DNA of 64,000 bases from Balanoglossus misakiensis (lineage: Eukaryota; Animalia; Hemichordata), in NCBI GenBank assembly GCA_040954595.2, contig CM082578.2, forward strand, positions 9,595,519 through 9,659,518. Reading direction: 5' to 3'. Under the pieces are notes generated by a model. It saw only the letters and a list, made by a program, of their open reading frames with translations, did no database searches and was not told where the DNA came from. This document shows, one piece after another, positions 42,938 through 52,810 of the stretch; within the stretch, counting starts at the first letter, position 1, and the number at the start of each line of letters is the position of its first letter. The position numbers were made by a program, and so were the translations under genes.

Positions 42938-45900
42938 ATGGAAGACATTTTTGAGCAGCAACTAACTTGCACGGTTTGTTTGGATCTGTACGAAGACCCG
43001 GTGATACTTCCCTGCCTTCACACTTTTTGCAGGTGCTGTTTACAGCGCCTGGTAGAAAATGGCGTCCGTAACCGTCGACTGCCGATATTGCGGGTACGGA
43101 CGGCGCGATTTAACTGTCCGGAGTGTCGGAAATTAGTGGTTTTAGGCCAAGGTGGGGTAAACGACTTGCCGAAAAATTTTCAAATAGCGAGTATTGTTGC
43201 GACCTTCAGGGTCAACAGACGAGGCGACAGTCGTGATGGTCCGGACGCTCCGACCCATCATTTCAGTCGGCAGTCCTGCCATATTTGCCGCCATAACTTC
43301 GCCGTCAAGTTGTGCCTTAGTTGTGTGGCGGCATACTGCACGTCATGTCTGCAAGCCTCCCACCCCGATGAGGCGGCCTGGCTGGAGACACAGGCCGGCG
43401 CCGAATCCAGCAAGACAGAGGACAGAAACACCCCAAACGGCGGCGGATTTCGCCAGCGACTGCGAAATATCACCAGTCGTTGGATCCGAACAGACAGTCA
43501 AAGTTTCGGCGAAGGACACTCGGTAATGCGGGAGGGAAGTCATTCTAGCCCGGATGCAGTTTCTTCCGAGCTGCCCGAGGCGGACCAGCACAGTGCGGCG
43601 GTTGGCGATGACGATGACTCACCAGGAATCGAAGGGAGGCCTAGGAAACGTCATCCATTGTTGAACCTTGATATTGTCTGCGGTCATCACAAGGGCGAGC
43701 ACATGATCGCTTTTTGTTTTCAGTGTTTGACGTTAGCTTGTTCTGTGAGCATCGCGAGACACGAGGGTCATCTTGTACTGCAACTGGTTGATGCCATATT
43801 GATAGTGAAGGTAAGAAAAACAAAAGTCAAGTATGTGACCGACCACTGGCGGCGCCTTCCCTGCGGTGACCACTTTGTATGACAGCAGTAAAAACACAAA
43901 CACAGTTTTTAATCAGTCAGTAAAGTCGGAAACGTCAAAATATAGATGCAAAATAATAAACTATAACGTAAAAAATATTTATTTTATCATTTTAGGATGA
44001 AATCACAAAGGGAGCGAACTATCTTCGTGACACCTCAAGCGAACTCAAAGTATCTTATTTCAAATTTAAAACCATTACCGACAAACTGAAGGTGGGTGTT
44101 TATCTTTGGCGTTGATCTTTATTTGAAAGGTATGAGAGAGGTCTCTCTTTCTCTCTCTCTCCCCCCCCCTCTCTCTCTCTCTCCCCTCCCCCTCTGCGTT
44201 ACATAAGAAATTGTAACGTCTTATAATCATTTTTTTTTACCTCAACCGCCACCACAGAAAGATTGTGAGCTGATCACGGAGAACATTCGCCTGGAGTGTG
44301 ACAAACTGAGACATCTCATCACAGAGCGAGAAGAGCTGTTGGTTCGGCAAGTGACCAGGGTCTCCAACCAAGACTTTCTCGCCAACCAACAGCTGGTCAA
44401 TTTGTGCGAAACCAAAGCCTTCAAAATGGAGGAGTTAGCCATGGAAATGCAGCTTGCTTTGAAACCCATCGACACCATAGCTTTCATTCAGGTATGGCCT
44501 GAGAGATCGTCTGTATCGCTCGTATCATAATTATTATATGGTGGGGGGTCACACAGAGAACACCCCATGCCGAATGATTTCTTCATCTACTATATGTGGC
44601 ATCAGCTCTTCTAACTGTCCCCGTGTCTGTCTATTATTTTCAGAGAGGGTTATCCATGAAAAGGAGGTAGGCATAGCCAGTGAACAAAATTTAGCAAATT
44701 TGTCTCGCGTCATTCGTCACTCTATAAAAACACTCTGACCCCGGCGCGCAGAGTGAACACTGTGAATAGGAGATTGCTTTACGTTGCTCATCACAATATG
44801 TTATACAAATCACTTGACAATATGTTATATGATCACGTTCAGAAGTGCAGTTTGTGTGATTTCAAGAGGTGCTTGAGAGAGAGAGGAATGATGTCATTCC
44901 ATAGACTACCACACAATGCCCGACTTCATTTTGAAGACAAATTTATAAATTTGTTGCAGGATACCGAACTTGGAACGTCTTTACCCAATTCCTAAAAGAG
45001 TTCCTTTCAAACGTCTAACGTACTATCCGATTACTGATAAAGGACCGCTGCACGATCTCGATGTCATTGTCGAGGAATTTGATATCGATACGCGCGGCCT
45101 TTGGTTCTTTGCAGCTGACTCGGAAGATGGACCTATACGGAAAACAGGTGGGTCGACAGCGCGCGCGGGGAGTGGGGTGATTTGGTCGAGATTTTACTCG
45201 CCGTGTCTTTTAGAGAAGTGGCTGCGTGGTCGGTGAAGATTGAGACTCAAAGGATCTGATGATCGTGAGCTGCAGAGTCATCTATATTTTGTAGTTTCTT
45301 CAGTATCTGTGTGTGAGCCACCATTCTGACCGACGTTCATTTTATCTCGTAGAGCGACTTTCGTCACGCAAGTCCCCTAGAACGGCTAATTTTGACACGC
45401 TGACCGAGTTCCTGAACCCAGCCGTCGGTCAAATCCGCGGGGGCAAGCGACCGCCGGCCGACGGCCGACGCGGCGAAGGACAACCGCAAAACTTACGGTA
45501 TGCATACCAACAAGTGAGCCCTAATCAGAGACAACAAACGTATCCTCCAGTCCCGGGGGCCAATGCGTATTACGATGTCATACAGAGACAAAATGTTTCT
45601 TCAGATGATGCTCACATCAGGGTAGTCAATGTTCCCGATTCCATCACTGCTCCAGAAAGGAGCAGATATGATCACGATTTCAGTTTTTACGACTTGGCCG
45701 CACTACGCCATCTTCCAGACGACAGAGACCGGGGACGGGGGCGTCCCCAGCGGGTCCGCGTCGTGGAGTTTTACGACGAGCCCGTCCCGATGTCCGCCGA
45801 CGGGACCACTCAGCACTCCGAGACGGAGCCTACTCCCGACCGAAGTCGAGGTGGTGAGGGTAATTCGTCCGCGCCGTCGCCGTCGCCGAACGCAGGGAGC

Positions 45901-47970
45901 TACTACCAAGACACGCAAGAGCAGGAACCAAGTGCGACACCCACTGGATCCGGAGCACATCCGGAAGCCGAGCTCGAGGCGCCAGGTGAGCGTGATTCCT
46001 TCAGCCAGAATAGAGGCGAGGGAGCCCCGTCTCCATCTCCCACACCTTCGCTCGAAAACGAGTTTGACGAAGAGGACGACGATGATTTATTGCCGGACCT
46101 GTCATCTTATTCATCGCCCGATGAGAATTACGGAAGCCGCGGGGAACAGGTAAGAATGTACGACACCGTTTTCACCCTCGACGACGACGACGAGAATCAA
46201 ACACCCGAGACGGCAGACGAATCAAGAGAACCGCGAGAGACCACGAACTCCTCGGATATTGGTATCCACGACACTGAACGAATTTTTCTCGCCATTGCTG
46301 AAGACCCTTCCCCAACGCCGGGGTGTCGATGGATATCATTTTCGGAACCGAATTCCCCCACCGCCTTCAGCATTGACACTGACCGACAGTTTCGGGGGAT
46401 AGCGGACGTAGTACATGATCCGAATCGAATTCCGTCCAGTTTCAGTGACACCGGCCCCCGGTCACCAGACACGGCGACTGCAAACACACCTCCGTCGGAT
46501 GCCAGTAACGCTGACTCACAACCACAGGAAGCTGATCAACAGCGAGAAAACCAAGCCTGGTCAGGAGCTACAGCGAGGGGTAAGTCCCCCAAACTAAAAA
46601 AAATAACATCATTAGAAATCGGTGATAAATTTAAGAGTCTGGTGATGCATGAGAATCCTCCGCATTTTCCAGATGTAGATGTTACCGTCAGTTGATCAAG
46701 GAAAATGCAAGCATTTGTTGAATTCCTGTGACAGAGGAGTTTCTCACCAATGGTCAAATTAGACGAAATAACACATTTCATAGCCTCTTTGGTCGGTGAC
46801 GTCATAGAGATGCAAATGGTTGACTTGAAATATTCGAGCTGTTGAGTATAGTTGCTCTTTGTAGAAGTATGTGCATAAACTTGTAAACTCTGCTACTTAT
46901 TTAGAACCGGTAATCCTGAAAACGTTTGTAGTAGACTGTATGTCGACCAGTAAAGGGAATCCCTATCAAGTATCATATCATATCATGTAAAGTTGATTGA
47001 CCAGTCTCTTACCAGTATTTGTTTCTAGTTGACATTGCAACGTGATCCTTTTTTTACAGAAACACCTTCGCCACCTGTCTTTCAATTCGAATGGGACACG
47101 GCACACGTGTACCTGACATATATAGGTCATAACACGGCGAAGCGAGTCTGGAAGGAACATCACTGCCACAGCCTTTTCGATGGAGACACGCCACCGGAAG
47201 AAATACCGTTCAGTCCGACAAGTCACCCCAGAGAGGACCGAATGCGGCAAGCGCGGTGCTCGCTTTGCGAGGATTCGGCCGATCTAGCGGAATTCTGTGC
47301 TTCGCCCAGGCGCCAGGCCGGGTTCAGGCGTATGTCGAAAGATAGGAGAGAGACGATGTCTCCTCTCTGGTTGGGTCGATACCGCGGGACATCCTGCGGA
47401 GTTTTGGGCAATGTAGGTTTCACAAGAGGGGTGTACTGTTTTGAAGTCGAGTGCCAGTTTCCCACCGAACCGCGGACACGCGACTGGATTTTCGCGTTCG
47501 GGGTGAGCAACGGGCACGGGAACCGCTACGAGCCGCTGACCAACGACGAGAGTGCGTGGTGCATGGAGGTGAGCGGCGTCGGATACAGGTTCGTCCGCCA
47601 CGGCAGTCGAGTCAAGAGCGTGCGCGACGGCGATGTCATCGTGACGTCGACCACGTCGCCGTCGCGTGAGGGCGCTGCTGCTGCTGGGGATACCCAGAGC
47701 ACCTTCTCTCTGGGACTGGTGCTCGACCTGGATCATCGGTCTCTCACGTTCTACCGGTGTGACACAAGAAGCAGGCTGTTCACTTTCAGCCCCGTGCAGA
47801 CACGGCCTCGGGTGAGGCTGTACCCGGCATTCTCGTTTGGTCGAGATGAGTTGATCATGGAGTTCAAATCCGGGTTATCTGTGCCTGACTACCTCACCGG
47901 ACCAAGTCATCAGACACAACAGCAAGACCAATCCAATCAGCCTGGAAACGGCACGCAAAGTGTACCGTAG
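42938..47970 (+). CDS. Tripartite-motif E3 ubiquitin ligase: RING-Bbox1-Bbox2-coiled coil-long disordered linker-PRY/SPRY (B30.2), 1183 aa, 7 exons
   Basis: Exons 42938-43810, 43996-44091, 44258-44491, 44644-44666, 44960-45147, 45353-46579, 47060-47970. All introns are GT-AG with consistent phases (0,0,0,2,1,1); total 3552 nt. RING CTVC..CLHTFCRCC..CPEC followed by LPKNF; Bbox1 CHIC..CLSC..YCTSC..H; Bbox2 CGHH..FCFQC..C..HEGH; SPRY motifs WDTAH, VLGNVGFTRGVYCFEV, LGLVLDLD, LYPAFS. Confidence 0.85.
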
Positions 47971-48652
47971 AAATGCATAAATTTATCGTCTTTGTCAATT
48001 ACAGGTTTGATCAAAAAATTATACATCCTGATTTTCAACAATCTTACAATTATTCCGAGTAAAATATGACGCGATAATAACATTCGATAAAAGAGAAAAT
48101 TCTCCGGTATTTCATATGATACCTGAAACTTTGTTGGTTGGTTTGGTGCTTGATTTTTGTGGGGGGGGGGGGGTCGTTCATTTGTTAAACGATTGGACCG
48201 TCGTGGCCGCTTGGGACTCTGGTTAGAATAATGCGTGACTGACCTCACAAGTTTTTACTAAATTCTTACTGTCACAGCATAGTCATCACCAGCAGTTTGC
48301 TGCTTCAGCCAAATCTTCTATGAGATTGTTATCAATATATACTTTTAAAATCTATGTAGACATACAATAATTTGAATAAACATAAACCAAGTTGCAAGAC
48401 TTGTATGTTTGTGAATAGATTTGCGTCAAGTTTACTGTGTAGAATGCCTTTATTTGATCGCCGTGAAATCGGTAGTGGCGTGTGGACAGTTGTGATTATA
48501 CCAAAAACACGAGAAATGCGTGACAGTAAATAATTGATTTATTATTTATACATGCAAGCTTCCCCATGTACAATGCTGTCTAAATTAATATAGAAAATCA
48601 GGTTTACAGAGGGTAAAAATTCATGCCAAAGAAATCATAACTTCTGCAGTGT

Positions 48653-49627
48653 TTATATTCTGGAGAACACGCGTTTGCTGGAGACGGCACCGACGCTCAT
48701 GACGCTGACCAGTTTTCCGTCGACGACTTCGTAGCTGGCAGTGGGTTCCTTGGGATAGTCGGCGCCGGGCTTCACCACCAGCTTGTTTCCTTCCAGACTG
48801 GCCACGCCCTTCTTCGTCTGTCCGGTGACGGCGTTGACCATGTCGAAAACTGGTCCAACCTGGATTGAGGAAAAATGATATTGGTGAGGCGTAAGTCTCG
48901 TAATAGGAAAAACTTCCCACTGTGTGTTCAAAACTTGGTTTTCTGAAGAAAACACAGTTAATCATGTACTATAGTTTCTGATGTTCACAGTAAATCTACC
49001 TGACTGTTCGTTTGGCCAAAGAATACTAAATGCTGCTACTCCAGCATGCTCAGAGAAACTTTGTGAATAACACGATCATTTACTTTAACACCATATTGCT
49101 GATCATTAGCAAGGTCGTTAGAATGATTCGCTATCAAATGTTGCTGGAGAGGAATGGTAATTAAACTTTAATGATTGGAAATGCTATGAACTTTGTACAG
49201 AATGTCTACAACCAAGTCAAACACACAGAAAATTAAAAGTGCAAAAAAAATGATTATCACGAAATAATCAGAACGTGGTAAGCAACATCTCGATAATTAG
49301 CTGAACATTCAGGAAAAGAAAATTAAAGAAATGCAAACGAACGATAGTTCTCTGAAACCATCATCTAAATGATCGATCTCAGCTGCTGACGGTATGAATG
49401 TCGTTAAAGTATTTGGGGGTACTTACCGGTACTTTTTGCTCCATCGTCTTCTCGGGTCCTGAGATTTTGAAGTTAAACGCGTCTCCGTCTTTGGAGATTT
49501 CGACGGTAGCCTGGCCTTCTGCCGCCAGAAGCTTGGCTTTGGCAGGAGCTGGCACCTCCATGGCGTCCAGAAACGCTTCCCAGTTTTCACTGTTGGCCAA
49601 TTTCCATGATCCTGCGAGATCTGCCAT
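48653..49627 (-). CDS. Fatty acid-binding protein (intracellular lipid-binding protein family), 135 aa, 2 exons
   Basis: Exon 1 49627-49427 (MADLAGSWKLANSENWEAFLDAM..., GxWKL..SEN signature), donor CCG|GTAAGT. Exon 2 48859-48653 (VGPVF...EVVDGKLVSVMSVGAVSSKRVFSRI*) after a tttttcctcaatccag acceptor. Phase 0 join. Confidence 0.9.
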
Positions 49628-49694
49628 GGTGACGAGTTTAGAGTGCGGGTGGTCGAAGAGTCGCCTGGAGTTCTTGACGTGGAAGGTAGTCGAG

Positions 49695-49735
49695 TGGAAG
49701 TGACGAGCAGGTGGAATGACGTCTGTATTTAAAGG
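49695..49735 (-). promoter_or_regulatory. Putative core promoter of the FABP gene (TATA-like box plus initiator)
   Basis: Minus-strand TTTAAATA at 49733-49726 and TCACTTC about 25-30 nt downstream, roughly 70 nt upstream of the ATG. AATAAA on the minus strand at 48543-48538 is a likely poly(A) signal. Confidence 0.45.
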
Positions 49736-50224
49736 ATTTTGGCAGTGGAATGTCCCATTGTCGAATAGGGGTGAGTGGTGGTCGGGGTGGTGGCACAGGT
49801 GAATGTTTGCACACGGACCTGAGTCTATATGGTTTGTACGTCCGGTGCATCTGGAAAGTTCCAGCATAGAACAGGCGTGGTATAATCCTCCACGCCTATC
49901 CTTGTTTCAAAACAAGAAAAAAAAACACGCGCGAATAGCACATTCGTTCTCCTTTTCCGCAAGACATTAAAAATGTATATCACCCCTTTCTCTGTGTCGT
50001 CTTGCTTGGATGATTCTCGCAACTTTGCCTTTTGCCTTTCTCTTTCTGGAACTGTTAACAGATTTATTTATTTTCTCCGATTAGCGTTTCGGCACACAGT
50101 TATTGACGAGGGGAAAAGTCAAATAAAGTCCATTATTGACTCGTGTTCTGCGGCGGCGGCCCCGACATTCATCTTTTACGCAAACAGTCCACATCGCAAA
50201 CACTACTAAATTTTCCATTAAAGA

Positions 50225-51386
50225 AAAGTTGGTTAAAACAAATTCACTGAAGTTATATAAGACACAAATCGAACTGAGGAAAATATTTGCAAATGCGCTT
50301 GTTTGCAGTGGACTGCGAGGAATTGCCATATCCATAAAAAAATCCATTAATTTTTATGTTCTGGTGGTAAATTTGTCACTGACTAAAATGAGAATGGGTT
50401 TAATTGCTTTCCAGCCCAGGTATGAAGTATTTGCTAGGCACTACATAAGTTTACTAATCCGCGACTTTATTAGACCGCGGACATGCCGTAGATTATCGTG
50501 AACTTTGTTCCGAGAGAGAAACTCTGTCGGATAGATGCTTTTTAAAGGTTAAGATGGTGACGGGGTGGGGTGGGGTCACGGTGGGGATGGGTGTTCATAG
50601 CTAGACTTGTTCTTTCTCCTAGGAGTAAAAGCGCCTGTTTTGTATGTCTCTTCCTTATAAGGTAGTAGGCGCCTCGAAAATCCAAATCCTTAACCTTATC
50701 TCATATTTTTTCTCAAAGCAAGTTCAGATTGTTCTCTTTTAAAAATTGGGAATAAAAATGGGGTCAACGTGGAAAATGGCCACCAATTGAGAAAAGTTAA
50801 AGAAGGGTGTTTTTGTGAAAACAAGACGGTGAAGACTTCTTAAACACTTCAATAATCAAAATAATTAACATTTTGAAGTTTTAAAATCTGTCCTCGAGTA
50901 CTAGTATATGCAAACTTCCCACGCCATTGTCCCCACGGTGCAAACGTACAAGTTCACCCAACATTTTACTGTTTCTTCAGCGGAATGTCTCACAAAAGAG
51001 GGCGCAATGAGTCAAGACATAATATCACTGGCATCGTGTTTCTTAATAACGAGGATGTTCAAAAATAGCTATTGGCTGGGACTGATTTTAATATATACTT
51101 TTGTGTCTGCGACCAAGGAACAGAGCAAATGTCAACTTTGCTGACGGGCGGGCGAAACTCTTCGGGTCAACAATTAAGTTTTGAAGTAGGATAGATCGGT
51201 TGCCGGAACACGGATCACACGGATGGGTTTTCTTGAGTTGGCAAAATCAAATATATTTAAGTTACGTAAGCCATGTAATCCGGCGAAATATTTGCAACCC
51301 CGCGTCTGTTTGTACTGGACCGAGAAGTGCCCTATCCATAAAAAATCAATTAATTTTTATGTTCTTACGTCAGTAAATTTGTCACC
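50225..51386 (+). repeat. Diverged direct duplication of about 150-190 bp (copies at about 50225-50380 and 51234-51386)
   Basis: Shared AAATATTTGCAA..TGTTTG..TGGAC..TATCCATAAAAAA(A)TC.ATTAATTTTTATGTTCT..GTAAATTTGTCAC in both copies. Confidence 0.65.
50658..50898. mobile_element. Degenerate non-autonomous DNA transposon, same terminal motif family as 5924
   Basis: Left end TAAGGTAGTAGGCGCCTCG; right-end remnant TCTGTCCTCGAG is approximately the reverse complement of CTCGGGACAG in the 5.9 kb copy. Confidence 0.4.
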
Positions 51387-52337
51387 AAACGTGATTGAGC
51401 TTGTTTTCAAGTGCAGTTACTACGTCCTTCGTTTTATTTGCTTAAAATACCTGGTGGCGATATTCCCTGACCGGCGAGAGAATATTTTTGGCTAAAAATA
51501 TGAATTGCGATCGGGTGATTCGAGAAACAAGCTTATAAGATGTCTGCAATGCATTGTAATGCTCAAGTCTTACTTTTTTATATTAAATATTAGAATATTA
51601 AAAATTGACAAATTCTTTCAACGTCATTCTGTCCCGGCTGCCCTGAAGGAAAAATGTATTTATTCCGAAAATCGTCGACGTCGAGCAAAGGCACACGGTT
51701 CTAGAATCACAAAATTATTGCTGTCAGGCAGGTTTGAGTCTATTGTCTTGGCACTTGAAGCCATCTGGTGTTGCGTAGCGGAGCTTCAAGTAGAAGTATA
51801 TAATCGCTCGACTTGGTTTCGAATTCGCCGGCTCACTGAAACATTGAGGGCGCACATTCAATTAGACGATATGTTTGTACCCGTACCCCTGCATGTAACA
51901 CTGAGTTTGTACACATTACATGTTGCATATCGCGCACCAGTACATTAAACGCACAGGCATTTGATCCGTTGTGTCGAAAGTCAAATGAAATGGCTGCACT
52001 ATATACTATCCAGCACGTTAGAAAGGGGGCAGGGCAGCTGGGACTAACTTTTTGCCTGGTCGTGTCATCGTCAGGTCATCGAGCATGCTCAGTAACAGCA
52101 CACATTCGTTGTGCTTGAAATCGACTTTGCTTGATACATTGTAGTTGCAAATGCGGAAATGAGGTTTAACTGGAATGATGCTGGCGTCAAATTAACGAAG
52201 TAAAATAGACATTTAGAGACAACAGTATAGGTAAGTACGCATGATTCATTAGCAGCCCTCTCATCATTTTTAAGAATCGTCAGGATCGATTTCCTGGCAT
52301 ATGGCACAGTCGATTGGCTCCCAGCATGGACGTCCCA

Positions 52338-52445
52338 GCTACAATCATTGCAGGTTAGCTGCAAATGTGCAATGATTGTAGCGGGTGCTGCTAGGTTGAC
52401 TGTTGTGTTCTACCCTAGCAGCACCCGCTACAAACATTGCAGCTA
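52338..52445. repeat. Three-armed inverted repeat (A-A'-A) / long hairpin in the probable first intron of the Kelch gene
   Basis: 52338-52352 is the exact reverse complement of 52368-52382. 52368-52395 pairs with 52414-52441 at 27/28 positions around an 18-nt loop. Confidence 0.85.
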
Positions 52446-52810
52446 GGTACAGGTCACCCTGTGTTCCCGGCGTTACACCACACAGACCTGTAAGCAGGGC
52501 TAGTAGCTGGCTGCCGTTGTCGGCAACATGCATGTGGAGCTAGGAGCCCTCAAGCGGTAGTGGGCAGTCTATTTCATTGCACCCCTTGACAAGTGTTTGA
52601 CCGTGACCATGGCTACAGTACCGTCCGTGGACTATTGGGCGGGGATTTTAATACCATGCCAAACGTGTCCTCACTGTCGAGATATTCGTGACTGAATCAA
52701 GATCAGTATTGCTGTATTAAATTATGCACATAATATATTGGAATGCTCATTTAACTTTAACATTGTGTGTGTTTTAAACTTCAGGATGTAACAGAGTTTT
52801 GGCCAATGTG

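Noticed and set aside
358-48172. Recurrent poly-C/poly-G runs of about 11-15 nt
   Set aside because: Scattered homopolymers without regular spacing; typical slippage or MITE remnants.
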